Assembly: GCA_041640655.1 (NCBI GenBank)
Contig: JBEPZV010000002.1
Coordinates: 128,001 to 192,000, forward strand
Length of the DNA: 64,000 nt
Source of the DNA: a bacterium
Lineage (GTDB): Bacteria; Acidobacteriota; Blastocatellia; HR10
Direction of reading: 5' to 3'
The number at the start of each line of letters is the position of its first letter. Position 1 is the first letter of the stretch. Made by a program: the position numbers and the translations under genes. Shown here piece after piece: positions 49,806 through 60,988 of this stretch. Under the pieces are notes generated by a model. It worked only from the letters and a program-made list of their open reading frames with translations, was not told the DNA's origin and searched no databases.

Positions 49806-51005
49806 ATGTCGCGAGAAGGACGGCGAGCGCTCCTGGTTCTCGGATTCGGCCATTTCGTGAACGACTTGCATACGAGCACGCTCTATCCGCTGCTGCCGCT
49901 GATCGCGCGGAAGTTGCATCTGAGCGAAGCGGAGGTCTTCTGGCTCGCGCCGCTCTTGAATTTCACCTCCTCGCTCATGCAGCCCGTGTATGGATTTCTC
50001 GCTGATCGGTACTCGCGCCGCGCGTTCGCCATCGCGGGGCCGGCGATCGCCGGATCGTTCCTCTCGCTCATCGGCACAGCGACGTCCTATGGGATGCTCT
50101 TGCTCTTCCTCGTCTTGGGGGGGATCGGCAACGGGGCGTTCCATCCGCAGGGCGCGGCTCTGGCCGCTCGAACCCATGAGCATCGGCGCCGGCTCGCGCT
50201 CTCGACGTTCTCGTCCTCGGGGACGCTCGGTTTCGCCCTCGGTCCTCTGATTATCACGGCGATCGTAGCGGCCACGGACCTGACGCGAACCTATTTGCTG
50301 ATGCCGCTCGGATGGCTGGCGGCTCTCTTTCTTTATCGCTATGCCCCCCGCGACGATTGGCGCGAACAGCCCTCGAACAGGTCGCGCGCCCTCGCCGAAT
50401 TGGCGGGGACGCTGCGTCGCGTCTGGCGCCCGATGCTCTCCCTCTACGTCATCACCGTCTCCCGCTCGGCCATGTATGTGATGACCAACAGCTACATGCC
50501 CTTCATTCTGACCCAGCGGGGATATGGCTTGCGCGAGACGGGTGGGCTTTTGACGGCATATCTGCTGGCCGGGGCCTGCGGGAGCTTTCTCGGAGGAGCC
50601 TTCGCCGAACGCTTCGGCGGCCGATGGCTCACGTTCGGGACAGGCGTGCTCATCCCGCTCTTGTTCGCCATGGCGGCGCTCGGACGCGGTCCGCTGAGCG
50701 TGGCCGCCCTCATCGCCGGAGGGTTCACCCTTATGTCCGTCTTCCCCGTGAACGTCGCCACGGCTCAGGAGCTGGCTCCACGGGAGACCTCGACCGTCTC
50801 CGCGCTGATGATGGGATTCGCGTGGGGAGTCGGCTCGATGGCTCCGGCACTCTGTGAACCCCTCACCCGAACGTTCGGATTTGAGGGCGTGCTCGCCGTG
50901 ATGGCGACTTTTCCCTTCGCGACGTCTCTCCTCGCCCTCTGGATCCCCGAGGATCGCGCTCTCGCCCTCTCCTCCCGCGCGACCTCCCCACATCCGGCCC
51001 GATGA
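49806..51005 (+). CDS. MFS transporter (Fsr-like)
   Basis: HFVND, QPVYGFLADR, AFHPQG; ~12 TM helices. Confidence 0.9.
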   Translation: MSREGRRALLVLGFGHFVNDLHTSTLYPLLPLIARKLHLSEAEVFWLAPLLNFTSSLMQPVYGFLADRYSRRAFAIAGPAIAGSFLSLIGTATSYGMLLLFLVLGGIGNGAFHPQGAALAARTHEHRRRLALSTFSSSGTLGFALGPLIITAIVAATDLTRTYLLMPLGWLAALFLYRYAPRDDWREQPSNRSRALAELAGTLRRVWRPMLSLYVITVSRSAMYVMTNSYMPFILTQRGYGLRETGGLLTAYLLAGACGSFLGGAFAERFGGRWLTFGTGVLIPLLFAMAALGRGPLSVAALIAGGFTLMSVFPVNVATAQELAPRETSTVSALMMGFAWGVGSMAPALCEPLTRTFGFEGVLAVMATFPFATSLLALWIPEDRALALSSRATSPHPAR

Positions 51006-51008
51006 GGC

Positions 51009-52553
51009 TCACATCCAATACGCGCGATCAAGACTGCGATACTGAATCGCCTCGGAGATGTGATGCGGTCGAATGACGTCACTCTCTTCGAGATCGGCGA
51101 TCGTGCGGCTCACCTTCAGGATGCGATCGTAGGCGCGAGCAGATAGCCCCAACCGCGAGACGGCGTGTTCCAGGAGGCGCTCGGCCGATTCGTCCAGCCG
51201 ACAGTATGTGCGGATCAACCGGGGCGTCATCTGCGCATTGCAGTAAATCCCATCGGCCACATAACGGCGCACCTGCCGCTCGCGAGCACGAACCACGCGC
51301 TCTCGAACGGTCTGAGAGGTTTCACCCGCGGCACTATCGGCGAGCTCTCGAAATCGCACCGCCGGGACCTCGATGTGAATGTCTATGCGGTCCAGAAGCG
51401 GCCCGGAGATCTTCGAGACGTAACGCTGGATCATGGCCGGCGTGCACGTGCACTGTCGCACGCGCGATCCCCAATACCCGCACGGGCAGGGATTCATCGC
51501 CGCCACCAGCATGAACCGCGCGGGGAACGTCAAGGACATCGCCGCGCGGGAGATCGTCACGCGCCCGTCCTCCAGCGGCTGCCGCAAGACTTCGAGCACA
51601 TTTCGATCGAACTCCGGCAGCTCATCCAAGAAGAGGACGCCATGATGGGCGAGGCTGACCTCCCCCGGTCGGGGAATAGCACCGCCGCCGATAAGCCCCG
51701 CATCACTGATCGTGTGATGCGGGGCGCGAAACGGTCGGGTCACCACAAGACCGCGCTCTTCGGTCAATCCCGCGACACTGTGAATCTTGGTGACCTCGAT
51801 GGCCTCCTCGAAGGTGAGCGGCGGCAGGATCGTCGGGATCCGCTTGGCGAGCATCGTCTTGCCGCTTCCCGGCGGACCGATCATCAAGATGTTGTGCCCC
51901 CCAGCGCACGCGACCTCGATGGCCCGCTTGGCCGCCAGTTGCCCCTTCACCTCGCTGAAATCAACAGGATACCGGTTGATCTCCCTCAAGAACTCGCCGG
52001 GAGAGATCTTCAGGGGAGCGGTCGAGATCTGCCCGATGAGCATCCGAACGAGGTCCGGGAGCGTCCGCACCGGGTACACGTCAATCCCCTCGACGACGGC
52101 CGCCTCGCGCGCATTCTCCTCCGGCACGAACAGGCGTCGAATACGGCGCGCTCGCGCGGCCACGGCGATGGGCAAGGCGCCGCGAATCGGTCGGAGGCGA
52201 CCATCCAGGGAGAGCTCTCCCACAAAGAGCGCATCCTCGAGGCTCACCCCCTCCAGATATCCGTTCGCGCCGAGAATGCCTACGGCGATCGGCAGATCAA
52301 AGCTCGACCCCTCTTTCTTGATGTCCGCCGGAGCGAGATTCACCGTGACGCGATGAATGGGGAAGAAGAACCCACAATTTTGAATCGCCGCGCGAATGCG
52401 CTCGCGACTCTCCCGAACGGCGGCATCCGGCAAACCCACCATGATGAAGGCCGATCCGGCTTGATCCCCCGCCCGAGGAGAGAGATCCACCTCGACCTCC
52501 ACCAGATAGGCATCAATGCCGAGCGTCGCCGCGCTCACGACCTTGAAGAGCAC
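51009..52553 (-). CDS. comM: YifB/ComM Mg-chelatase-like AAA ATPase
   Basis: [46 protein letters not shown]. Confidence 0.93.
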   Translation of the reverse strand: MLFKVVSAATLGIDAYLVEVEVDLSPRAGDQAGSAFIMVGLPDAAVRESRERIRAAIQNCGFFFPIHRVTVNLAPADIKKEGSSFDLPIAVGILGANGYLEGVSLEDALFVGELSLDGRLRPIRGALPIAVAARARRIRRLFVPEENAREAAVVEGIDVYPVRTLPDLVRMLIGQISTAPLKISPGEFLREINRYPVDFSEVKGQLAAKRAIEVACAGGHNILMIGPPGSGKTMLAKRIPTILPPLTFEEAIEVTKIHSVAGLTEERGLVVTRPFRAPHHTISDAGLIGGGAIPRPGEVSLAHHGVLFLDELPEFDRNVLEVLRQPLEDGRVTISRAAMSLTFPARFMLVAAMNPCPCGYWGSRVRQCTCTPAMIQRYVSKISGPLLDRIDIHIEVPAVRFRELADSAAGETSQTVRERVVRARERQVRRYVADGIYCNAQMTPRLIRTYCRLDESAERLLEHAVSRLGLSARAYDRILKVSRTIADLEESDVIRPHHISEAIQYRSLDRAYWM

Positions 52554-52682
52554 GGGGCATCGCCTCCACCTGGCGAGGCCCCCACGGAGGGCCTCAAAAA
52601 ATAAACACAGGACGACTCTCGTCGGGCATCGGATCCCCTCCGGATCACCTCCCGACGAGAGTCGTCCCATCAACGAAGATCC

Positions 52683-53057
52683 TCACGGTGTCCGAGCGGC
52701 CGCTCGGGCCACCTGGACGCGGATGGACTTGAGCAAGCACTTGCCGCCGGATTCATCGCAGCGCGTGGTCACGCGATCGCCCGGCTTCACATCACTCAAA
52801 GTGATCGTCTGACGCGCCCTCGTGATCCGAGCGTCCGGGGCGACCTCCAGCGTCATCTCCTTGCCCGTCCGCTGCTTGATCACGATCTGGTTCTTCACCG
52901 TGTCGACGGAGACGACCTCACCGGAATGAGTCTTGAGCGCCGGACGCGCCGCCGCTTTCGGCGCCGGTGCTTGCCCGGTTTTTTGCTCCTGAGCCCACAG
53001 GCTGACAAATGGGACGATCAGGGAAAGCGCGACGCTGTATGTGATCATTCGCCTCAT
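52683..53057 (-). CDS. Small secreted protein (OB-fold-like)
   Basis: Signal peptide; GEVVSVD...LSDVKPGDRV; own promoter TTGACG-N18-TAAAAT at 53097-53126. Confidence 0.75.
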   Translation of the reverse strand: MRRMITYSVALSLIVPFVSLWAQEQKTGQAPAPKAAARPALKTHSGEVVSVDTVKNQIVIKQRTGKEMTLEVAPDARITRARQTITLSDVKPGDRVTTRCDESGGKCLLKSIRVQVARAAARTP

Positions 53058-53207
53058 GGCTCCATCCCTCCTCGCTGTCGGAATTGAGCGACTGTCATTT
53101 TATGGGGTTAAGGGGCACGACGTCAAGAGCGCCGGTTGGGGAAAGCCCCCCTTCGCGTGATCCCGGGGATCACGCCCTCACAGAGGGCAGAGAGGGCGCG
53201 CCGAATC

Positions 53208-54404
53208 TCAGCGTCGCGACGAGGCGGCTCGCTCCGATTCGACTTGAAGCGAATTCAGGAATTCCGCGTTCGTCTTCGTCTTCGCCAGGCGCTCCAGCAT
53301 GAGCTGCATGGCCTCGACCGGCGAGAGCGTGGCCAGAACGCGACGCAGGACGATGATGCGATTCAAATCCTGAGGCGGAATGAGCAATTCCTCCCGCCGC
53401 GTCCCCGACCGATGGATGTCAATGGCCGGGAAGACGCGCTTGTCCGCCAACGCACGGTCCAGGTGAATCTCCATGTTGCCCGTTCCCTTGAACTCCTCGA
53501 AGATGACCTGGTCCATGCGCGATCCCGTATCAATGAGCGCCGTGGCGATGATGGTGAGACTGCCCGCATCCTCCAGATTGCGCGCGGCGCCGAAGAAGCG
53601 CTTCGGCTTCTCCATGGCGCTGGCATCAATCCCCCCGGTCAGCGTCCGACCGCTCCGCTCCACGATGGAGTTGTGCGCGCGCGCCAAGCGGGTGATGGAA
53701 TCCAACAGGATCACCACATCGTTCCCATACTCGACCAGCCGCTTGGCCTTCTCCAGGACGATCTCCGCCACGCGCGCATGCCGCTCCGCTGGCTGATCGA
53801 AGGTGGAGGCGACGATCTCCCCGTGCACCTTGCGCTCCCAATCGGTGACCTCCTCCGGACGCTCGTCAATCAGGAGAACGATCAGCTTCACCTCCGGATG
53901 ATTGCGGGTGATCGAATTGGCGATCGTCTGAAGGAGCATCGTCTTCCCCGTGCGCGGCGGAGCCACGATCAGACCGCGCTGCCCCTTCCCGATCGGGGTC
54001 AACAGATCCATCACCCGCGCCGAGAGGTTGTCCGGCGTCGTCTCCAGGCGAAATCGCTCCTCCGGGAACAGCGGGACCAGCGTCTCAAAAGGCGGCGTCT
54101 CGCGCCGCTTGTCCGGAGGTTCCCCATTGATCGTCTCCACCCGCACCAGAGCGAAATACCGCTCATCATCGTGGGGCGGGCGACAGAGCCCACACACGAC
54201 ATCGCCCGTGCGCATCTTGAACCGACGAATCTGCGATTGCGCGACGTAGATGTCGTCCGGGCTGGGAATGTAGCCATTCTCGGGCGAGAGCAGAAAGCCA
54301 TGCCCTTCGGGCAGGACCTCCAACACGCCCTCGATCAGGATGAGATCATTTTTCGTCATAGTCGAATGGGATGAAGTCTCATGTCCGGTCTGGAACTCCT
54401 CCAT
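53208..54404 (-). CDS. rho: Transcription termination factor Rho, lacking the N-terminal helical subdomain
   Basis: [46 protein letters not shown]. Confidence 0.93.
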   Translation of the reverse strand: MEEFQTGHETSSHSTMTKNDLILIEGVLEVLPEGHGFLLSPENGYIPSPDDIYVAQSQIRRFKMRTGDVVCGLCRPPHDDERYFALVRVETINGEPPDKRRETPPFETLVPLFPEERFRLETTPDNLSARVMDLLTPIGKGQRGLIVAPPRTGKTMLLQTIANSITRNHPEVKLIVLLIDERPEEVTDWERKVHGEIVASTFDQPAERHARVAEIVLEKAKRLVEYGNDVVILLDSITRLARAHNSIVERSGRTLTGGIDASAMEKPKRFFGAARNLEDAGSLTIIATALIDTGSRMDQVIFEEFKGTGNMEIHLDRALADKRVFPAIDIHRSGTRREELLIPPQDLNRIIVLRRVLATLSPVEAMQLMLERLAKTKTNAEFLNSLQVESERAASSRR

Positions 54405-54421
54405 CCGCTCTCCCATAGCCC

Positions 54422-56164
54422 TCAACCCAGGAAGGACTTGAGCTTGGAACTGATCGCCGGATGTCGCAGTTTCGCCAAGGCCCGAGCCTCGATCTGACGG
54501 ACGCGCTCGCGCGTGACGCCCAAATGCTTGCCGATCTCCTCCAGCGTGTATTCCTCTCCCTGCGGATTGAGGCCGAACCGCATGCGGATGATCGTCTGCT
54601 CGCGTGGCGTGAGGACTTTCAGCGATTCCTCCGTCACGCGCTTGAGGTTGTTCTGAATCGCCAGCTCAATGGGATTGTTGGAGCTCTTATCCGGGATGAG
54701 ATGACCGAGCCGGACCTCTTCGTTCTCAAACATGGGCGTCTCCAAGGAGACGGGTCCCTGCGCGGCCTCCATCAGTTGTCGCAACTTCTCGGTCGTGATC
54801 CCCACCTTCCGCGCGATCTCGGCCGGCGTCGGCTCCCGTCCCAGCTTCTCGCTCAGCTCCCGCGTCACTTGCCGGACGCGCTCCAACGTATCGGTCACGT
54901 GCACGGGGAGGCGAATCGTCCGCGCCTTGTCCGAGATCGCTCGCCGAATCGCCTGTCGAATCCACCACACGGCATACGTCGAGAACTTGTACCCCCGCCG
55001 ATAGTCGAACTTCTCGACCGCCTTCATGAGCCCGATGTTCCCCTCCTGAATGAGATCGAGCAACGGCAGCCCCAAATGCGCGTATCGCTTGGCGAAGGCG
55101 ATCACCAAACGCAAGTTCGCTTCCGTCAACTCGCGCTTCGCCTGCTCCGACTGCTGCTCGCCGCGCGTGATCCGCTCCAACGTTCGAGCCGGGTCTTGAA
55201 GCGCTACCCCGTACTGCTCCTCCAACTCCCGCACCCGCCGTCGGGCCGCACGCAGGCGCGCGCGCGTCTCAGCCGACTTCCGCCGGCTCCGCCCGGCGGT
55301 GGCCTCGGCTTGCGCTAACTCCTCGCGAGCCCGCCGCAGCTCCTCGACCGCCTGCCGAATCTTCGCGATGAGTTTCTCGCGAACCGAGGGCGTCAGGTCC
55401 AATTCCCGAATCTTGCGCGAGAGCTGAACCCGCGTCTTCTGAAATTGGCGCAGCAGCCGACGCCGACGCGCCCCATCCTTACGCAGCGTCCGCAGCCGCT
55501 CCGCTTGCGCGCGACAGCGCCGATAGAGCTTCTTCACCTCGTCCAGAATGTGCAACACCTGCGCCCTCAACTGACGCGCCCGCTCCTCGGACGAGGCCTC
55601 AGTTTCCGTATCCACGAACTCCTCCAGCTCGATCTCCCCCTTCCGAAGCCGCTCGCCCAGCGCCAGAAGCTCCATGACGGCGATCGGCGAACGAGAGAGG
55701 GCCTTCCGCACCATGCGCTGCCCGCGCTCAATGCGCTTGGCCAGCATGACCTCCCCTTCCTGCGTCAATAGGGGCGTCGAGGCGATCTCCCGAAAATACG
55801 TCCGAATCGCATCAACCGCCTCAACCTCCTCGATCTCTCCCTCTCCCGCGATCTCCTCCTCCAACGCCTCGCCCTCAGAGAGGCCCTCCAATCCCTCCTC
55901 AAACTCCTCCTCGGGATAGGCGAAATCCAAGAGGTCCTCACGGGAGAAGCCCTCCTCCAGAGAGGACGGGTCTTCCTCCATCAGGAGCTCGTCATCAATG
56001 GATTCCAGTAAGGTCTCCATACGCGTTCTCGTCTTCCTCAGAGTCTGCCCCACGCTTACTGGATGTCGGGTCGTCTTCGCACGTTGCTCTTCCGACGAAG
56101 CGACCGAAGTCTGGTCCCGCACAGAAGGCTCCACTTCCTCCCCGGCGGCACGTCTTGCCCCCAC
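54422..56164 (-). CDS. RpoD-like sigma-70 factor, divergent (start uncertain)
   Basis: Region 1.2 [10 protein letters not shown], large non-conserved region, [49 protein letters not shown]. Confidence 0.92.
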   Translation of the reverse strand: MGARRAAGEEVEPSVRDQTSVASSEEQRAKTTRHPVSVGQTLRKTRTRMETLLESIDDELLMEEDPSSLEEGFSREDLLDFAYPEEEFEEGLEGLSEGEALEEEIAGEGEIEEVEAVDAIRTYFREIASTPLLTQEGEVMLAKRIERGQRMVRKALSRSPIAVMELLALGERLRKGEIELEEFVDTETEASSEERARQLRAQVLHILDEVKKLYRRCRAQAERLRTLRKDGARRRRLLRQFQKTRVQLSRKIRELDLTPSVREKLIAKIRQAVEELRRAREELAQAEATAGRSRRKSAETRARLRAARRRVRELEEQYGVALQDPARTLERITRGEQQSEQAKRELTEANLRLVIAFAKRYAHLGLPLLDLIQEGNIGLMKAVEKFDYRRGYKFSTYAVWWIRQAIRRAISDKARTIRLPVHVTDTLERVRQVTRELSEKLGREPTPAEIARKVGITTEKLRQLMEAAQGPVSLETPMFENEEVRLGHLIPDKSSNNPIELAIQNNLKRVTEESLKVLTPREQTIIRMRFGLNPQGEEYTLEEIGKHLGVTRERVRQIEARALAKLRHPAISSKLKSFLG

Positions 56165-56225
56165 ACGCGCTCTCCGACAGCCCGCCGGGTGCCTAAGATT
56201 CCCACCCTCTCTACAGAACCATCTG

Positions 56226-56255
56226 AGTATATGGAGAAGAGGTCCCTTTTGTCAA
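56226..56255 (-). promoter_or_regulatory. Promoter of the sigma-rho operon
   Basis: TTGACA-N18-TATACT. Confidence 0.7.
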
Positions 56256-56260
56256 GCACG

Positions 56261-56297
56261 AAAAACAAAAATCCCCCTCCCCGCTCAGGAGGGGGAT
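56261..56297 (-). terminator. Rho-independent terminator after hsp20
   Basis: ATCCCCCTCC/GGAGGGGGAT stem followed by TTTTGTTTTT. Confidence 0.85.
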
Positions 56298-56305
56298 GAC
56301 AACCC

Positions 56306-56818
56306 TCACTTGGCCGCCGCCTCGGCCGCCCGGGGAGCTTCTAACACCTTCACCTGAACCTTCTTCACCTCTAGCGCCGCCGGAGCTGGCATCACCAACT
56401 CCAGGACGCCATTCCGATAGGTCGCCTCAATCTGGTCCGTATTGACACCCTCAGGCAGCGGGATCACCCGCTCGAAGCTCCCATAGGCGATCTCCCGACG
56501 GATGAAGTTGGCCTCCTCGACTTTCCGATCAAAGGTCTTACGACCGCGAATCGCGAGCTGGTTGCCCGTGACACTGATGTCCAGGTCCTTCGGATCCACA
56601 CCCGGCACCTCCACCCGCAGATGCAGCTTCCCCTGATCCACGAACGCTTCGACCGGAATCCACGAGCTGGACAGCCGAGGAAGCCCCTCCTCCTCGGACC
56701 GAGGCGCGAACCACTCTTCAAGATCCCGGGTCAGATCATAGAAGACCCGGCGAAACATATTGTCAATGTCCCGATAGAGATTGAAGAACTCATCAAACGG
56801 CCGCCATCTCGCCAGCAT
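56306..56818 (-). CDS. Hsp20/alpha-crystallin small heat-shock protein
   Basis: EVPGVDPKDLDI, EIAYGSFER.I.LP, ATYRNGVL; ATG after GGAGGT. Confidence 0.95.
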   Translation of the reverse strand: MLARWRPFDEFFNLYRDIDNMFRRVFYDLTRDLEEWFAPRSEEEGLPRLSSSWIPVEAFVDQGKLHLRVEVPGVDPKDLDISVTGNQLAIRGRKTFDRKVEEANFIRREIAYGSFERVIPLPEGVNTDQIEATYRNGVLELVMPAPAALEVKKVQVKVLEAPRAAEAAAK

Positions 56819-56869
56819 AGCCCTCACCTCCCAAAAGTTTCGTTTCGTTTGCTCAACTTTCCTGACACT

Positions 56870-56898
56870 AATATAGTGAGATTTTCTGACTTTGTCAA
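56870..56898 (-). promoter_or_regulatory. hsp20 promoter
   Basis: TTGACA-N17-TATATT. Confidence 0.75.
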
Positions 56899-56948
56899 GA
56901 GCATATATTGATCTCGCCCCACCTTCTCCGGGCTTCGTTAAGCCCAAG

Positions 56949-58694
56949 CTATTTCAGCACTTTGAGCCTCACAATGCAGTATTCGCCATCTGACCCGACC
57001 AGCTCAACGTCGAACTCAGGGGAGCTGCGAAGCTCGCGCACGTGGCGCTGTTGGGTTACAACGAGCACGGAGCCGAGATCGCGCGCGATTTCCCATAACT
57101 CTCTCTGGGAGAAGATGATGCGGACCCTCCCGTGCTCATCATAGATCGAGCGCGCATTGGTGTAAAAGGTCAACGTATGGTGGAACCAACCGTATCCGAC
57201 GAGTCTCTCCCCGGGCTGGAAATTTCTCAGAGCGATCTCGGCCACGGTTCGATAGGACTCTTTCCTCTCAATCGCGGGCTGGAAGATCGTGAGCAATATG
57301 GGCACACCGGCGACGCACATCGAGAGGATGAGGAGAATGAGGGCCCTCTGTCGAGCGGCGAGCGCCAGTCCGATTCCGACCAAAGCTCCTCCTCTGATTC
57401 CCCACAGCAGGAGGGGCTTCATGGAGTTGACGTCCCCGAGCTCTCGTCGGGCATAAAGAAGCGCCGCCTCAGCAATGGCGAAGAAGAAGATCGGGAGTGA
57501 AATCGCCTGCAGCTTCATTGCGCGAGCCGGAGGCGCCCCCCATATGCGGAGCAGTTCGGCAGCGGCCAAGAGCGCTGCAGCCGGGATGACGGGCAACAGA
57601 TAGCCCGGGAGCTTGGACTGAGAGAAAGAGAAGAAGAGGAAGGGCCAGGCGATCCACAGGGCCGCGAACACCCTGAGGCGTGCAAGGGGGTGGTTCTCGG
57701 AATCCCCGCTCGAGGCGATTCCGCGTCGCTCTCCGAGAAGCCGCGCGAGGGCCAGAAGGAGCAGAGGCGTCCACGGGAACATGCCGACGAGCAGAACGGG
57801 GAGATAGTAGTAAACAGGGCCGGGATGTTGGAATCGGTCGGTCGTGTAACGCTGGATGTGGTGCTCGATGAAGAACTCATTGATGAATCGCCATCCGTGT
57901 CGCGCGAGCATGGGACCATACCAGCTGGCACACGCCAGCAGGAATGCGAGGCTGCTCCAGGCGAGCTCTTTCCCCCGCGGGAATAGCCTCAGCGACCGGC
58001 GAAGGAAGAACGAGCTTCCCATGATCAGGATTGGGAAGAGCACCCCGATGAGCCCCTTCGCGAGGACAGCGAGGCCGAGGCAGAAGCCGGCCGCGATGAA
58101 AAGCCGGGATCGTCTTCGGGGCGCAGTCGCCTCCGAGGCGAGGAAGAGGAGGCAAAGGCCGGCTGTGAGTGTGGCCGAGAACGGCATATCGGTCGTCGCG
58201 CCGCGCGCGAAGCCGAAGGCCATTGGAGTCACAATAAAACAGCACGCGGCGAAGAATCCGTAGAGGGGAGAGTGAGCCCGCCGTCCTACGCCGTAGAGGA
58301 CAAAGGCCACGGCTGTCGCCAGCAGCGCCGAGGGCAATCGAGCGGCGAGCTCACTGACGCCCAGGGCCCGCATGCTGAGGGCCATCAGCCAGTAGGTGAG
58401 GGCGGGTTTCTCCAGCCAGGGCTGTCCGCCGATTGTCGGGGTGATGGGATCTCGGCGGGCCAGCATCTCTCGAGCGACCTGGGCATAGCGCGGTTCATCG
58501 GGGCCGATGAGGGCCATCGCGCCCAGGCGGTAAAAGAAGAAGAGTCCGCACAGTCCCGCCAGCAGGAGCGGCCATAGCGTCTCCCTCTGCAGCCGGCGTG
58601 CGAGCACCGAACGAAGATTATGGGGGGTCCTTATTGGGCGGGCAAGCTCGATGCGGCATGCGGGTGACGGAGCGCGGTGCTTACAGCGGCGCAT
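56949..58694 (-). CDS. ArnT/GT39-like membrane glycosyltransferase (start uncertain)
   Basis: PDEPRYAQVAREM, EKP.L.YW, ARLPSA, LAKG, SKLPGY. Confidence 0.9.
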   Translation of the reverse strand: MRRCKHRAPSPACRIELARPIRTPHNLRSVLARRLQRETLWPLLLAGLCGLFFFYRLGAMALIGPDEPRYAQVAREMLARRDPITPTIGGQPWLEKPALTYWLMALSMRALGVSELAARLPSALLATAVAFVLYGVGRRAHSPLYGFFAACCFIVTPMAFGFARGATTDMPFSATLTAGLCLLFLASEATAPRRRSRLFIAAGFCLGLAVLAKGLIGVLFPILIMGSSFFLRRSLRLFPRGKELAWSSLAFLLACASWYGPMLARHGWRFINEFFIEHHIQRYTTDRFQHPGPVYYYLPVLLVGMFPWTPLLLLALARLLGERRGIASSGDSENHPLARLRVFAALWIAWPFLFFSFSQSKLPGYLLPVIPAAALLAAAELLRIWGAPPARAMKLQAISLPIFFFAIAEAALLYARRELGDVNSMKPLLLWGIRGGALVGIGLALAARQRALILLILSMCVAGVPILLTIFQPAIERKESYRTVAEIALRNFQPGERLVGYGWFHHTLTFYTNARSIYDEHGRVRIIFSQRELWEIARDLGSVLVVTQQRHVRELRSSPEFDVELVGSDGEYCIVRLKVLK

Positions 58695-58736
58695 GGCTTG
58701 CCCTTCCGCATCGGGCTTCATTACACTTGACACGCG

Positions 58737-59690
58737 ATGACGCGCGTGGCAGTCATCGGCGCGGGGCGAATTGGGAAAGAGCACGTGCGGATCTACACCT
58801 CGCTCCCGGAGGCTACGCTCGTTGGCGTGTGCGACACGGATCGGACGCGAGGCGAGCAGATCGCCGCGCAATACGCCGTTCGGTATTACGCCGATTATCA
58901 TGAGCTTCTCGGCCGGGTGGATGCGGTGAGCATTGCCGTCCCGACCGAGAGCCACTGCGAGATCGCCTGCGAATTCCTGAAACATGGCGTGGCGGTCCTC
59001 GTGGAGAAGCCGATGGCGCGCACATTGGATGAGGCTGAGCGCATGATCTGGTGGGCGCGGCAGACGGGAGCGCTCCTGCAGGTCGGGCATCTGGAACGCT
59101 TCAACCCGGCCGTGCGAGCGCTGACAGCGCTCATCGTCGAACCCAAGTTCTTCGAGGTCCATCGCCTGGGCGAGTTCACCGAGCGCAGTTTGGACATTGA
59201 CGTCGTCCTCGACCTGATGATTCACGATTTGGATATTTTGCTCTCTCTGGTCCAGGCCGACATTCAGGCGATTTACGCTGTGGGTGTCCCCATCCTGACC
59301 GATCGCGTGGACATCGCCAATGCGCGGCTGGAGTTCGCTAATGGCTGCGTCGCCAACGTGACGGCGAGCCGCATCTCGCGGGAGAAGGTGCGAAAGCTCC
59401 GGGTTTTTCAACCGAACGCGTATCTCTCCCTGGACTACACCCGCCAGGAGCTGGAGGTCTATCGCCTCGTGACCCCCTCCGATCTCGGCCAGCGCCCGCG
59501 CATCGTCGCCGAGCGCGTTCCGGTGGCGAAAGACGAGCCGCTGCGCGCGCAGCTTCAGTCTTTTCTGAGGTGCGTGCGCGAAGGAACGCCTCCTCTTGTG
59601 AGCGGCGAGGATGGGCGCAAGGCGCTGGCGTTGGCGTTGCGCATTCTCGCGGCGATCGAAGACCACGGGCATCGCGTGAGGATCGGTTGA
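58737..59690 (+). CDS. Gfo/Idh/MocA-family oxidoreductase
   Basis: VIGAGRIG, VEKP, VGHLERFNPA, DLMIHDLD. Confidence 0.94.
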   Translation: MTRVAVIGAGRIGKEHVRIYTSLPEATLVGVCDTDRTRGEQIAAQYAVRYYADYHELLGRVDAVSIAVPTESHCEIACEFLKHGVAVLVEKPMARTLDEAERMIWWARQTGALLQVGHLERFNPAVRALTALIVEPKFFEVHRLGEFTERSLDIDVVLDLMIHDLDILLSLVQADIQAIYAVGVPILTDRVDIANARLEFANGCVANVTASRISREKVRKLRVFQPNAYLSLDYTRQELEVYRLVTPSDLGQRPRIVAERVPVAKDEPLRAQLQSFLRCVREGTPPLVSGEDGRKALALALRILAAIEDHGHRVRIG

Positions 59691-59835
59691 TTCGGCGGCC
59701 AGCTCCGGGCTATCATTGTGAGTGTTTCGGGTCACGAGGCAGCGTTCAGTGAGAAGAAGCCGTCGGCGAAATTGCGCCGCGCGCGTCGTGCGAGGTTGCT
59801 CCGCGCACGCTCGGCTGGGATGAAAGGATGGGCAG

Positions 59836-60792
59836 ATGGAGCGCCTCTCCTTCCAGACGGCCCTCGCCCTGAACGAGACGTTCCGTCTGACGCGGGAAGC
59901 GCGCGTCGGAGCGGTGATCTCGCTGCTGCTTCATCTGGCCCTTGCTCTCGTGATCTCGCTTTGGGGAGCTTCTCCGCCGCCACCTGCTTCGGCGGAAGAG
60001 GAGGGGGGGATCACGGTCGGATACCCTCGCGCGCAGATCATCGAGCTGGATAGGCCCTTCTATGCGCCCCCGCCGGAGGTGATTCGGCAGCTCGGAGGGG
60101 TGGAAGCTGTGCGTCCGCCGCGACATCCCGAATTTCTCTCCGAACGCACGACGATCGCGCGTGGAGAGCCGAACCCAAATCCCACGGGCTCTTCCTCGTT
60201 GCCGAAGGTGAGTGGCCGAGGTCGCACGCTGCCGGAGCTGATTGAGGACAAGCCACCAGCCTCTCGCCCCCTGGCCGGTTCGTCTGCTCAGGAAGCGCGG
60301 GCGGACCCGCGCCTGGCCCCAACTCTTCCGGCCCCGGGATCTCACAGAGAAGCGCTCGATCGTCGTCGCGACTCCATTCCGGAATCCATCCTCGCCGCGC
60401 TTCGTGGCAGCAGTGCTCCGGCTTCGGTGGAATCGTTCAGCAATCCCCAATCGGGCGTGACGTTGGAGGGCCCGCCGTCGGTGAATGCGCAAGCCGTCGC
60501 CGCCATGGAAGAGTATCGCGCGTATTTGGAGCGCGCGATCCAGCAACGCTGGTTCATCCCCCCGGAGGCGAACCTGCTGCAGGCCCCGACGACGGTGATT
60601 GTCGTCTTCGAAGTCGCGCGGGATGGACGACTCCTGCAATTGCGGCTGCGACAATCCTCGGGCATCCCGGCGCTGGATCGGGCGGCCATCAATGCGGTCC
60701 GTCTGGCTGCGCCGTTTCGTCCGCTGCCGAGCGTGTACGCCTTCGAGAGTCAGTGGTTCACGGACAAGTTCATCTATTATCCGCCTCGATGA
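59836..60792 (+). CDS. TonB/TolA-family energy transducer protein
   Basis: SLLLH TM anchor, Pro-rich linker, C-terminal SSG..ALDRAA..AV..AAPF.PLP. Confidence 0.85.
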   Translation: MERLSFQTALALNETFRLTREARVGAVISLLLHLALALVISLWGASPPPPASAEEEGGITVGYPRAQIIELDRPFYAPPPEVIRQLGGVEAVRPPRHPEFLSERTTIARGEPNPNPTGSSSLPKVSGRGRTLPELIEDKPPASRPLAGSSAQEARADPRLAPTLPAPGSHREALDRRRDSIPESILAALRGSSAPASVESFSNPQSGVTLEGPPSVNAQAVAAMEEYRAYLERAIQQRWFIPPEANLLQAPTTVIVVFEVARDGRLLQLRLRQSSGIPALDRAAINAVRLAAPFRPLPSVYAFESQWFTDKFIYYPPR

Positions 60793-60988
60793 ACGGACGG
60801 CCGTGAGCGTGGGTGTTGGTCGCGCGCGTGAGATCCGCAGAGCGCGCGCTCAGACATGCAAACCAGAGGTGACCGCACGGACCGGAAGATCGGGATAGGA
60901 GATCGCTCATGACGCGGGGGCAACGGTGGGGGGCATGGGTGCTCTTGACCGCGCTGCTGCTGCTCGGCCTTCTGCGCGGATTCTGGCC

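Noticed and set aside
58695..59735. 928-aa ArnT fusion protein
   Set aside because: The first ~350 aa are the antisense of the + strand oxidoreductase; ArnT homology starts near 58600.
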